A stretch of 40,333 bases of DNA from a virus (lineage: Duplodnaviria; Caudoviricetes). A program made the translations under genes and the position numbers. A model generated the notes under the pieces. The model was given only the letters and a program-made list of their open reading frames with translations. It was not told the origin of the DNA and made no database searches. Shown here piece after piece: positions 17,695 to 26,498 of the stretch. The stretch is from the IMG/VR virus record IMGVR_UViG_3300005512_000096, positions 1 through 40,333 of that record. The stretch is one strand, 5' to 3'. Within the stretch, counting starts at the first letter, position 1. Each line of letters starts with the position of its first letter.

Positions 17695-18541
17695 TGTCAA
17701 AGTCCGCTGCCAAATCGATGTCGTCATCGTCAGCGAGAAGCTTTGCTGCGTCACGATGCTGGTTCATAACTGTTTCATTGTGACCTTTCACAGTCTCAAC
17801 AAACTTAGCCATCAACTCCTTGTCGTCTGCACTGATCTCTGGAACTACGCCCTTCAAGGTAGGGTTTGGTGTCCAGTAGGTTACGCTGCCTTTCTTGTGG
17901 CGGCTTGTACCCAACAAGATTTCGCACTTCTGCATAACCTTGTTCTGCTTGCTCAAGTTGTTGATGAAGTCGTTCATCGGAATGAAACCAGAACGCTTGA
18001 AGTAAGCAACGACAGGTTCGTTATCCAAAACGACCTCGTTACCATCTACGTCCTTAAATGTACCAGACACCTTAGAGTAAAGGATTTGGTTACAGCTTGC
18101 TGCACGAGAGTTGAGGTAAGCAACGTCATCCTTAGATAGACGATCTTCCTCGTCACGAGTCAAGCGACCACATTTGTTTCCGCCGTTTGTATCGGGGAAC
18201 ATACCAGACAGCACGGTCTTCTGTACTGACTTGGATGAAAACGTACCGCTTTCCTGATCCCATACGCTGTATTCAAATGTGCGAAGGATTGGGCGGAGCA
18301 CCACCTCTTCTGCAAAGATGTAGCGACCATCCATGTACATCTTCCACGATCCACGAGGTAGGCTCTTACCGTCCTCTGTCTCTGCATCGTAGTTGATATT
18401 AATTCTTGGTAGTCCTTTTTGACCAGTCTGTTTTACATTCTGACCACTTGCTGCCATCAATGCTTCGTCGTTGTCTGCATTCATAGCTGCTACAATTGCG
18501 TCCATGTCATTCATATTCATTAAGTCTGTCCCTGTATCCAT
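17678..18541 (-). CDS. Putative ssDNA-binding/annealing protein (287 aa)
   Basis: GGAG RBS, position between polymerase and exonuclease, acidic C-terminal tail. Function is inference. Confidence 0.55.
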   Translation of the reverse strand: MDTGTDLMNMNDMDAIVAAMNADNDEALMAASGQNVKQTGQKGLPRININYDAETEDGKSLPRGSWKMYMDGRYIFAEEVVLRPILRTFEYSVWDQESGTFSSKSVQKTVLSGMFPDTNGGNKCGRLTRDEEDRLSKDDVAYLNSRAASCNQILYSKVSGTFKDVDGNEVVLDNEPVVAYFKRSGFIPMNDFINNLSKQNKVMQKCEILLGTSRHKKGSVTYWTPNPTLKGVVPEISADDKELMAKFVETVKGHNETVMNQHRDAAKLLADDDDIDLAADFDNANAA

Positions 18542-18580
18542 GATTTTTCATGCTCCTGTTGTTAGGGTTGTAGACTGATA

Positions 18581-20122
18581 CTACAGGTCTACTTCTGTCA
18601 AGTCAAGCCAATTCTTACCTATTTTTAATTCTATTCCGACAGGCATATCATAGGCCACATTATATCTTCTGATTGTCTCTTCAGGTAACGACATCATTGC
18701 TTCTGTCATCAGCTTGATACAAATATCTTTTTCATCTGGGTGTACATCGACTACGATTGAATCGTGTACCGTGTTGCATATCACAGAAATAAGTTTTCTG
18801 TCAAGGAACAAATTTTGCAGCTTGACAAGAGCGATAGGCAATAGGTCAGCGGTAGCAAATCCCTGCACCGGATAGTTGCAAATTGCAGTCCGATTTGTAG
18901 CCGTACCCCACTGAGTCCAACGTGCGTGAGGGAAGGCATATTGCCTACCGCTTGGAAGGGTGATTAATCGCTTCTGGACGGCCTCTCGCTGGAGTTGCTC
19001 GTGCCAAGCAGTGACACCCTCATACTTTTCTTTAAAGGCTCTGTAGTAGCGTTGTTGAGCGTCGGTTCCGGTGACACCACCGTATAACGGTTTGAAGGTG
19101 TGAGCCTTCGCTTCTTGTCGGCTACACCCGATAATACTGGCAGTATAACTGTGAACATCTGTACCCTCATTTACGTCGATGTAGGCTTGGCTATCTTTGG
19201 CAAGGAAACCGGCTACCCGAAATTCTAGCTGGGAATAATCCCCTTCAAGTATCGAGCCACCCTCGAAGCGGCTCTCGACCACCTTCCGTATAGCGAAGGT
19301 ATTTCCACGTGGCATATTCTGAAAGTTAGGATTGCGACTCGAAAGGCGACCCGTCGCCGTAACGCATTGCATAAATTCTGGATGTATAAAACCATTCTCG
19401 TCAACATTATTCTTCATCCCTTCTACAAATGTTGATAAGTAAGTACGAAGAGCATTGTAGCGCACGTAGGCCACAACGAACTCATAGGCATCACCCGACA
19501 AGTCGGTTTGTCGGTTTTCTAAAGTAACCTTGTCGGTTTTGAATCCGGCGGATGCCGTATCCATCGGATCACGCGGAACCAACTTGAAGCCAGCAACCTC
19601 GCCGGTAGGAACGTAGATAACTCCTGTGCCACTACACGGCTTGCAGATACGGATTGCTTTGCCTAGTGTGCCATCTTTCTTGCGAGGGCTGACGCGACCT
19701 TCCCCACGACAATCTGTGCATTGATGTCCGCGTGTCTTTTGAACTACCTCTGTCATGCGGCGGACAGTTGAGTTGAACTCACTGCGCTTCATGCGGGTAC
19801 GCAGCTTGGGTTTCATTGTGGAGCCACGCATCTCGTGACCCAGATTAAACATACGCGACCACGCGGGTTTATCCTTTACGCGGCGTGAATAGAGCAACAC
19901 ACTGCGATCATCAGGGCTAGACAAGTTGACCGGAGTGTCACCCATAGCTTCCCGCGCCAGTTCGTTGAGGCGTACCTCAAGGATGTCCATCTCTTCTTGA
20001 TATTCTTTCTCGATCTCATCGAGGGTCTGTAGGTTTATCTTGAGTCCCTGCTGCTCGATACGAGCGAGGGTATCTGTCATCTCAAGCGAAAGCTTTAACG
20101 TCGGTATCAAGTTGTTGGTCAT
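18581..20122 (-). CDS. polA: Family A DNA polymerase, polymerase domain with DnaJ-type zinc-finger insertion
   Basis: TATGRLSSRNPNFQN, DYSQLEFR (motif A), RQEAKAHTFKPLYG (motif B), NYPVQG, TVHDS (motif C). GAGGA RBS 8 nt before the ATG at 20122. Confidence 0.93.
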   Translation of the reverse strand: MTNNLIPTLKLSLEMTDTLARIEQQGLKINLQTLDEIEKEYQEEMDILEVRLNELAREAMGDTPVNLSSPDDRSVLLYSRRVKDKPAWSRMFNLGHEMRGSTMKPKLRTRMKRSEFNSTVRRMTEVVQKTRGHQCTDCRGEGRVSPRKKDGTLGKAIRICKPCSGTGVIYVPTGEVAGFKLVPRDPMDTASAGFKTDKVTLENRQTDLSGDAYEFVVAYVRYNALRTYLSTFVEGMKNNVDENGFIHPEFMQCVTATGRLSSRNPNFQNMPRGNTFAIRKVVESRFEGGSILEGDYSQLEFRVAGFLAKDSQAYIDVNEGTDVHSYTASIIGCSRQEAKAHTFKPLYGGVTGTDAQQRYYRAFKEKYEGVTAWHEQLQREAVQKRLITLPSGRQYAFPHARWTQWGTATNRTAICNYPVQGFATADLLPIALVKLQNLFLDRKLISVICNTVHDSIVVDVHPDEKDICIKLMTEAMMSLPEETIRRYNVAYDMPVGIELKIGKNWLDLTEVDL

Positions 20123-20663
20123 TGAATAGTTCCTCAAAGGTAGTGCCAAAGGCATCAAGCTGTTTAAGTGCAATCTCTTCAGTAGCAAGTACGTCAGCTT
20201 TTCCGTACTCTTCTACTATCTCCCACGGTATGTCGTAAAAGGTCTTGCCGTCTTTAAGATACGGCGCAACGAGGTCTTTCTCCTTGCGGGTAACGTCATA
20301 CTTTTCTGCAAGAGCAGCAAGTCCAAGAGGCCAACGCTGGGCTTTCGATAAAATATATTCCGCAACCATCGTATCATAGACGTGTCCTTCGTACTTGAAT
20401 CCGCATTCTCTGATCCACGACAGATCAAACTTTATGTTTTGTCCCACAACAACGTCAGCCGTGTCGAGTTCCCGCTGGAATGTTTCGGCAGCAAAGTCGT
20501 AGGCTGGCCTTTCACTGTGGTAATAGCAGTGGTAGTGAACTGTCTTACCCAGCCACTTGTAGCCGATAGAAACGAGTCGGTTTCCAAAGTAAGGTAGGGC
20601 AGTTGTTCCGCCGCTATCCTTGTGGATGTGGGTTGTCTCTACGTCAAAGGTCAATACATTCAT
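20082..20663 (-). CDS. 3'-5' proofreading exonuclease domain of the DNA polymerase, as a separate ORF
   Basis: ExoI FDVET, ExoII NIKFD, YDTM, ExoIII YGKAD motifs. Confidence 0.9.
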   Translation of the reverse strand: MNVLTFDVETTHIHKDSGGTTALPYFGNRLVSIGYKWLGKTVHYHCYYHSERPAYDFAAETFQRELDTADVVVGQNIKFDLSWIRECGFKYEGHVYDTMVAEYILSKAQRWPLGLAALAEKYDVTRKEKDLVAPYLKDGKTFYDIPWEIVEEYGKADVLATEEIALKQLDAFGTTFEELFNDQQLDTDVKAFA

Positions 20664-21892
20664 TAGTAATACACCCCTCTCTCAATGTCTATCTGTCCGT
20701 TGATCATACCGTGCCATCCGTTCAGCTTATTCTTGGATATGCAAATGTGCCGCACAGTGTTCTCCACCTCGCTTGAACCTGTCTTGCCTATACCTATGAT
20801 GATGTCGGCTTCACCTGCCTTGCCTGTCCGTGAATTGTCAAGCATTGAATAGTCAATCCACTGCCTATCATGTGCCTCATAGCTTGCCTGACTAACTGCC
20901 CACAGAAGGAGTCGGTTTCGTTTGGCTATCTCACGAGCAACGACGTACGTTTCCTTGAGGCGTTCATCCCCACGATTGTATTCACCAGAGATACGAAACT
21001 TATCTAACTGGTCACAGAACATAACATCGGGTTTGTTTAGTTTGGCGTATTCGTCGACCTCTTCAACCGACGTGCCGACCGAATCCATAATCGTAAGCAA
21101 GGGGGCTATCTCTTCTTGATAGCGTCGACCCAAGTCGGTTTTGTTGCTTACCATTTCTGGGCGAGTGAGTTCAAAGTATGACTGGATAATACGCAGCTTG
21201 ATCTTTGGGGCTGGTTCTTCGTTAGCCCAGTAAGTTACCTTGAATCCCTGTTTGATATACGATGCGGCAAGGAAACAACAGAAGGTTGTCTTTCCTACTT
21301 CTGGTCTGGCAAACAGGATACCTAAGTTACCACGATCTAATCCGCCAACATTTTCACTGATCAGATCGTACGTAAAAGGGAAATCAGGATCACCAGCTTC
21401 GTCCTCTAACAGTTGTTCAAAGTCGTGTTCGACCTTTGTGTAGGTTGTTTTGTCGCTGATGCGTCCGTCTTCTACTGTTTCTATGAGGCGGCGTAACTCA
21501 CCGAACTCCTCGCTGTCACCAGTAAAGATTTCGATTGCCTTCTCACCTATGACCCGCGCACGATCACGCAACCAGAAGTTGTGTACCAAATCCAGATGCA
21601 AGTCGTGGTTGTCGGCGTTACCAACGTCTAGCTTTGCTATGGTTTCGTGTACCTTGTTCCGTGCAGCTTCTGGCATAGCAGGGTTACGATCATTGAACAG
21701 ACTGGCTAACTCACTGATAGTTAAGTCTTTTCCATACTTGGTGTGAGAATATGTCAACGTGTCAAAAATGTCACGCATCTCTTTTTCAAACATCGTCCGA
21801 TCAACAATGTTCTTTACACGACCAAAGAAGTCGGCATTGAGACAGAAGCCAAGTATCTGTCGATCAATCGATGTGGGATCGTAAGAATTCAT
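20663..21892 (-). CDS. DnaB-like (SF4) replicative helicase
   Basis: Walker A ARPEVGKT, MFCDQLD, AVSQA, GEADIII, ISKNK. Confidence 0.92.
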   Translation of the reverse strand: MNSYDPTSIDRQILGFCLNADFFGRVKNIVDRTMFEKEMRDIFDTLTYSHTKYGKDLTISELASLFNDRNPAMPEAARNKVHETIAKLDVGNADNHDLHLDLVHNFWLRDRARVIGEKAIEIFTGDSEEFGELRRLIETVEDGRISDKTTYTKVEHDFEQLLEDEAGDPDFPFTYDLISENVGGLDRGNLGILFARPEVGKTTFCCFLAASYIKQGFKVTYWANEEPAPKIKLRIIQSYFELTRPEMVSNKTDLGRRYQEEIAPLLTIMDSVGTSVEEVDEYAKLNKPDVMFCDQLDKFRISGEYNRGDERLKETYVVAREIAKRNRLLLWAVSQASYEAHDRQWIDYSMLDNSRTGKAGEADIIIGIGKTGSSEVENTVRHICISKNKLNGWHGMINGQIDIERGVYY

Positions 21893-22661
21893 TTAGTTCT
21901 TCCTTTGCTAGGTTTTTTAGATCACGGCTCAAGACCATGAGTTTGGTTGGAACTTGTCGGCATAGTACCTTTACCATGCTGACGGCTTTGTCAGTTGCAT
22001 CCTTGTCAAGCGCGACAAACACACGTTCGTACTTACGCAACGTCTCTATGTGTGGTTCTAGCAGATTTGTACCTAATAAGGCAACCCCTGTTGCTAGTGC
22101 AGAAACTGAACAAGCACTGGCGCAATCTTCGAGGACAATAGCCGTACTACTGGAGCCACAACAAAAAGGTAAGCTAGAATTTCCATATCGATACCACTTC
22201 GGGTTGCGTCCATCGATGGCTCGTCCGGCAGCATCGACGACATTGTTTCCGTTTTTAACTACATACGCCACTCTGTTACGCTTGAAGTCGTAGCGAATGT
22301 CAGCCCGACCTGCAAGGTAGGCGTCATAGGCATTCACAGATTTCACATAAAGTTCGGCATCTAAGTTACGAGAAAGGCTAACAAAAGTATTAGGTAACTC
22401 AAATTTTGTCAGCGTGTCTTTTGAAATTTTAGACTCTTGTTTTTTCATTGCAAGCTTTGCAAAGTCGCGTGTCAAGGATATTCCTGTTCGTCCTGACACA
22501 TTACAGTCAGCGTGAAAGCAAAACCAAAGACGTTGCATTCCGTCATCGTTTACGCTAAACGTATTTTTCTTGCCGCACACCGGACAGTCGGATCGATACC
22601 GACCCATCGGTTGTATGTCGAGAGATTCAACATAACCTTGTAACCAACTTGGTGATTTCAT
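21864..22661 (-). CDS. DNA primase (zinc-binding domain + TOPRIM)
   Basis: CPVC...CFHADC zinc finger, IVLED, ALLGT, ALDKD. Confidence 0.9.
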   Translation of the reverse strand: MKSPSWLQGYVESLDIQPMGRYRSDCPVCGKKNTFSVNDDGMQRLWFCFHADCNVSGRTGISLTRDFAKLAMKKQESKISKDTLTKFELPNTFVSLSRNLDAELYVKSVNAYDAYLAGRADIRYDFKRNRVAYVVKNGNNVVDAAGRAIDGRNPKWYRYGNSSLPFCCGSSSTAIVLEDCASACSVSALATGVALLGTNLLEPHIETLRKYERVFVALDKDATDKAVSMVKVLCRQVPTKLMVLSRDLKNLAKEELNEFLRSHID

Positions 22662-22697
22662 GTCGGTTTCCTTTTCCTAGTTACAAACTATAGCTGA

Positions 22698-22726
22698 CAA
22701 ATACCACCACACAAAAATCTTGTCAA
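22698..22726 (-). promoter_or_regulatory. Sigma70-type promoter for the replication operon
   Basis: Minus strand TTGACA-N17-TATTTG with TG extended -10 motif. Confidence 0.6.
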
Positions 22727-22740
22727 CTGCATTTTTTTGA

Positions 22741-22778
22741 TTGACAATGCTTGACAGGCTGTGCTACTTAATTATTAA
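22741..22778 (+). promoter_or_regulatory. Rightward promoter(s), two tandem TTGACA boxes
   Basis: TTGACA at 22741 and 22751, followed by TACTTA/TATTAA; T-tract upstream. Confidence 0.55.
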
Positions 22779-22803
22779 CCATCCCCATTGGGAGAAACCA
22801 GAG

Positions 22804-22962
22804 ATGAATATTAATAATAAAATCAATCCTATAGCTAAGTTACTTAGGGATAAGAAGTATGGTTATAAAATTATAGATAATAAAAAACAAAAGAAACTAA
22901 ATAAACTATCTGAAAAGGAAATCAGAGATGCCAAGACCAAACAAGATTTTGGAACCGACTAA
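22804..22962 (+). CDS. Small Lys-rich hypothetical protein
   Basis: GGAG upstream of MNINNKINPIAKLL; very AT-rich. Confidence 0.5.
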   Translation: MNINNKINPIAKLLRDKKYGYKIIDNKKQKKLNKLSEKEIRDAKTKQDFGTD

Positions 22963-23122
22963 ACAATACAACATAATGTTAAAGGTTGAACAGTACGATA
23001 AGTTAGCTAAAATAGCTACTATTATGCAACAATCATCTTACGAGCAGGTTTCTGTTGCAGACTTGATTAGGGAATCCGTTGATATCTATATCGAAGCTTA
23101 CGAGGAAGAAGATGAAAACTAA
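22928..23122 (+). CDS. Putative ribbon-helix-helix transcriptional regulator
   Basis: AAGGA RBS; QYNIML strand, EQYDKL helix, SVADLIRESVDIYI helix fit the Arc/CopG pattern. Confidence 0.7.
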   Translation: MPRPNKILEPTKQYNIMLKVEQYDKLAKIATIMQQSSYEQVSVADLIRESVDIYIEAYEEEDEN

Positions 23123-23357
23123 TAAACTTGAGATAGAAATTGTCGAACGTGCAGATTACAGATGGATGTTGTGTATTCCGGTGTCGTCAGTTCGCATCGG
23201 AGAGACTGATCGTGAACTGGTCAAGAAGAAACATTGTGTAGATTATCTGCGGCACGTTGCAATTTTTATTGGAAAAAGTCGTTTCGATTGCAAAAAGTGG
23301 CTTGACGACCACGAAAAGATCGTGGTAAAACTAGGAACACTGTACGAAGTAGCATAA
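23112..23357 (+). CDS. Hypothetical protein
   Basis: GAGGA RBS before MKTNKL. Confidence 0.65.
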   Translation: MKTNKLEIEIVERADYRWMLCIPVSSVRIGETDRELVKKKHCVDYLRHVAIFIGKSRFDCKKWLDDHEKIVVKLGTLYEVA

Positions 23358-23414
23358 TACGGTGTAACGCAAAGGGCTGGTTACCCTTTGTTGTTTCCTT
23401 TGGTTGGTTGGGAG

Positions 23415-23449
23415 CGAGGTCAGATTTATTTCTGGCCTCGTTTCTTTTT
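23415..23449 (+). terminator. Rho-independent terminator
   Basis: CGAGGTCAGA-tttatt-TCTGGCCTCG followed by TTTCTTTTT. Confidence 0.8.
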
Positions 23450-23464
23450 ATCTGCATTTTTTTG

Positions 23465-23493
23465 TTGACAGGTGTTTTTGTTTCCGATATTGG
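23465..23493 (+). promoter_or_regulatory. Sigma70-type early promoter
   Basis: T-tract, then TTGACA-N17-TATTGG. Confidence 0.6.
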
Positions 23494-23523
23494 TTACTAA
23501 TCAACAGCCGATGGAGAAATGAA

Positions 23524-23805
23524 ATGGCTAAGAAACTGGAAAACATGACTACTGATGAACGTATTGCCCACTGGGAAAAGGAACGTGCAAAGCAAAAACT
23601 AGAACGTGCCAAGATATTCGAGTCCCTGCCTTTGGATATGAAAAACACAATTATCGATTTATTAAATGCAGTTGACCCTGTTATAGAAACTGCTTTATAT
23701 GAAGGTGGGGTCAGGTATCTATCAGCTTTTGATTTGCAACACCTTAGAGATGAGGCAGAAACATCACGCAGAATTTTAGGCTTGGAGAAGCATCATGGCT
23801 ACTAA
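23524..23805 (+). CDS. Early hypothetical protein
   Basis: GGAG RBS before MAKKLEN; the track's upstream extension runs through a terminator and promoter. Confidence 0.75.
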   Translation: MAKKLENMTTDERIAHWEKERAKQKLERAKIFESLPLDMKNTIIDLLNAVDPVIETALYEGGVRYLSAFDLQHLRDEAETSRRILGLEKHHGY

Positions 23806-24049
23806 ACTAACCCCCGCAGAATATGCAGCCAAACACACAGAGATATTTGCTCGTATGTCTGCAAACTTTCTAGCCACCCCTTTGCCCAGTGACTGGGATA
23901 CTTGGGAAGAAGAAAAGCTAGATAACTTCCTTAGTGACAACCACTGGCAACCGTTCGAGTATTGGGATGTCAACGATGTCTATGAGTTGATTGACCAGCT
24001 AACGATTGACGTTATGAACCTGATGGGATTGGAGAGAGGCGATGAGTAA
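23795..24049 (+). CDS. Early hypothetical protein
   Basis: GGAG RBS, overlapping chain of small ORFs. Confidence 0.75.
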   Translation: MATKLTPAEYAAKHTEIFARMSANFLATPLPSDWDTWEEEKLDNFLSDNHWQPFEYWDVNDVYELIDQLTIDVMNLMGLERGDE

Positions 24050-24248
24050 TCGTGGCGACTACAAAGTCAGAGTTCGCATGACAACCGAACGTGAGGTAAT
24101 TGTCAACGCGGATGGTTTCGATGAGGCAGAAGCAAAAGCCTTGAGAGAGGCAGTAGCCCTAGTCGATGGGTACGATGCCGAAGTTCTTTGGGCGTTGGAG
24201 CATGGAAGCCTTAGTGATTGGGAGAAGAGTAATGTCAACAGTAACTAA
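24042..24248 (+). CDS. Early hypothetical protein
   Basis: GAGG RBS; YKVRV...VIVNADGFDEAEAKA. Confidence 0.75.
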   Translation: MSNRGDYKVRVRMTTEREVIVNADGFDEAEAKALREAVALVDGYDAEVLWALEHGSLSDWEKSNVNSN

Positions 24249-24558
24249 AACCTGTCTTGCTTGTGATGGTGGCGGCATTGCCGAATATGACAAACCGGTC
24301 ACAGACTTTGCGAACGGTGGCTGGATAGATAGCACCTATGGTAAGTGTGATGTTTGTGATGGGGAAGGTGACCTACACGTTCTATCTGAATTTACCAGCT
24401 TGGATATCTTGGCGTTCTTGCATGAGGCAGCTACAATTCTAGAAAATGCAGACATAGTTGACAGCACGTTAGATAATATGTACGGTCACATCAGAGACGC
24501 AAAAGATATGATGCGTGAATATATCAAATTTCATGGTTACGATGGAGACGATAGATGA
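24232..24558 (+). CDS. Early protein with DnaJ-type zinc finger
   Basis: CLACDGGG and CDVCDGEG; GGAG RBS before MSTVTK. Confidence 0.75.
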   Translation: MSTVTKTCLACDGGGIAEYDKPVTDFANGGWIDSTYGKCDVCDGEGDLHVLSEFTSLDILAFLHEAATILENADIVDSTLDNMYGHIRDAKDMMREYIKFHGYDGDDR

Positions 24559-24758
24559 AACCGATGAGCCAACCAAAAATAGTCGACTTTGAGTTTACGC
24601 TAGACAATATCATATGCGTAAAAGCACCAGAAGGCACAAACCCTGACACACTACTTGATGCAGCCCGTAAAGAGTTACTAGGGTTGATTGATGATAACCG
24701 TGAATATTTTATTTTTCATGGTACATGGGATGCTGAAGACGATGGAGACAACCGATGA
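24555..24758 (+). CDS. Early hypothetical protein
   Basis: GGAG RBS, ATGA overlap. Confidence 0.7.
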   Translation: MKPMSQPKIVDFEFTLDNIICVKAPEGTNPDTLLDAARKELLGLIDDNREYFIFHGTWDAEDDGDNR

Positions 24759-24973
24759 ACCAACCAAAATTTGACCCCGACAAAGCATACACAGTAGGTG
24801 TATGGGATATGCCTATGTATGTGTATGACCACGATGAGGATGACTATGTGCGTAATGAAGATGGCACTGTTGCCCTGTTCAATCTTCCTCACTACGACTA
24901 TTCATATATTGGTGATGACGCTGATGTAGACACACTTGAGTTGCGTGATAAAGGAGATGATTACGATGGCTAA
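24755..24973 (+). CDS. Early acidic hypothetical protein
   Basis: GGAG RBS, ATGA overlap. Confidence 0.7.
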   Translation: MNQPKFDPDKAYTVGVWDMPMYVYDHDEDDYVRNEDGTVALFNLPHYDYSYIGDDADVDTLELRDKGDDYDG

Positions 24974-25169
24974 ACAAACCAAACTTTGGATAGAATTAAC
25001 GCCCACAGAAGCTAACGCCCTGATGGTAATGCTAGACAGCGAAATGGATAACAGATTTTACTACAGCAGTGTCGATCTGGATAACTGGGAAAACCTAGAC
25101 TTAGAAGCCTACAAGTTTCTGGCGTTTCACAAATTCAAAACGTGGTACATGGAGAATTTCGATGGGTAA
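24966..25169 (+). CDS. Early hypothetical protein
   Basis: AAGGAG RBS before MAKQTK. Confidence 0.7.
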   Translation: MAKQTKLWIELTPTEANALMVMLDSEMDNRFYYSSVDLDNWENLDLEAYKFLAFHKFKTWYMENFDG

Positions 25170-25365
25170 GGTCAAGGCTTGGGCAATGCAACTAGAAGAA
25201 GACTTTTGGTATCTTGCCAATAGTAAGATAGGCAACTGCGAGTTCTTTGGAGAGTTCATGCAAGAGATGGAACCGCACCGCGATTTCTTGGGCTTGCATA
25301 GCGACAGAGAATATGCTGATATGTTGCGTGAAGCTTGGGACAACTACTGGAGTAAGTACATATGA
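25162..25365 (+). CDS. Early hypothetical protein
   Basis: GGAG RBS; MGKVKAWAM N-terminus. Confidence 0.75.
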   Translation: MGKVKAWAMQLEEDFWYLANSKIGNCEFFGEFMQEMEPHRDFLGLHSDREYADMLREAWDNYWSKYI

Positions 25366-25562
25366 GCAGCACAATTGAACCACGATATCCCAACGCGGCA
25401 AGTGATCCGCGCCTAATTAATGTCAATGACGAACGAAAGCGGCTCAGAGAAATTGTCACTGAAAAAGAATGGCAAGGTAAAAACGCTGATGCAGAAAAAT
25501 GTCAGATACAAATATTGTCAGCCGCATTACAAGAAGGCCGATCCTACTACCCTGCATTTTAG
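25362..25562 (+). CDS. Early hypothetical protein
   Basis: GGAG RBS, ATGA overlap. Confidence 0.65.
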   Translation: MSSTIEPRYPNAASDPRLINVNDERKRLREIVTEKEWQGKNADAEKCQIQILSAALQEGRSYYPAF

Positions 25563-25574
25563 TCAGCGGAGATT

Positions 25575-25772
25575 TTGTCAATGAATAATGTCAGCCTAAA
25601 TATTGTCAACCGTATAGAAAAGAAAACTACCTTAAATCCAGACTACCGGTGCGACACTTGCGGGGAACCAGCAATGGTCAAAGAAGATGGTTTTCTTTCC
25701 TGCCCTAAATGTTATCTAAAAAAACAAGGGCAGCGAATTTTACCGCTTGACCATGCCGGATTTTATCCGTAA
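25575..25772 (+). CDS. Small zinc-finger protein
   Basis: CDTC...CPKC; GGAG RBS; start could be 25581. Confidence 0.65.
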   Translation: MSMNNVSLNIVNRIEKKTTLNPDYRCDTCGEPAMVKEDGFLSCPKCYLKKQGQRILPLDHAGFYP

Positions 25773-25775
25773 GGT
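25747..25775 (+). promoter_or_regulatory. Sigma70-type early promoter
   Basis: TTGACC-N17-TAAGGT. Confidence 0.6.
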
Positions 25776-25811
25776 TTCCAAACTAACTAACCAACATAAG
25801 GAAACCGACCT

Positions 25812-26498
25812 ATGAAAAAGGCAGATATAAACAAGCCAGCTAATACAATGTATCCCAAATCCGTTAAACTGCTGGCGGATTATTCGCACAAGGTTTTAAA
25901 GCAATCTAAAAATGCGAAGCTTTCAAAAGATAAGTTACCTACAATTAAAAAAGGCAAGTTTGCCGGTTATGTTATCTATACCCTGACACTAGAAGAACGT
26001 GCCACCTGTCCGCGTTCGTGCTATCATTGGGATAATTGCTATGGTAATAATATGATGTTTGCGCACCGGCTGCAGCATGGCAGCGAATTAGAGCAGCGCA
26101 TAAAAAATGAGATAGAAGAACTATGCGCCACCTATAAAGGCGTGATTGTCCGGTTGCACGTTCTGGGGGATTTCTATTCTGTCGATTATGTAGAATTGTG
26201 GCAGCATCTATTATCTAAATTTGATAACTTGGCGGTTTGGGGCTTTACCGGCTATGCGCCAAACAGCGATATCGGGCTTGCTATTCGTGCGGTTCAAGGC
26301 GGGTTTCGCGACCGTTTTTCTGTCCGGTTTAGCAACGCACCCGATTGGCAATTCAGCGCGAATAGTGCCGACCTGTACAAACCGACCAAAGGAAAATCTA
26401 TTGTTTGTCCCGAACAAACCGGCGCGGCGGAATCGTGCGCGACCTGTACCTTGTGTTGGTCAGCACCGGATAAACAAATCTTGTTTGTTACACATTAG
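25812..26498 (+). CDS. Gp88-like Cys-rich protein (possible Fe-S/radical-SAM-like fold)
   Basis: TCPRSCYHWDNCYG, RLHVLGDFYS, WGFT, CPEQ...CATCTLCW. Confidence 0.7.
   Translation: MKKADINKPANTMYPKSVKLLADYSHKVLKQSKNAKLSKDKLPTIKKGKFAGYVIYTLTLEERATCPRSCYHWDNCYGNNMMFAHRLQHGSELEQRIKNEIEELCATYKGVIVRLHVLGDFYSVDYVELWQHLLSKFDNLAVWGFTGYAPNSDIGLAIRAVQGGFRDRFSVRFSNAPDWQFSANSADLYKPTKGKSIVCPEQTGAAESCATCTLCWSAPDKQILFVTH

Noticed and set aside
18581-20663. Polymerase pseudogene
   Set aside because: All catalytic motifs are intact in both halves and the second half has its own RBS.
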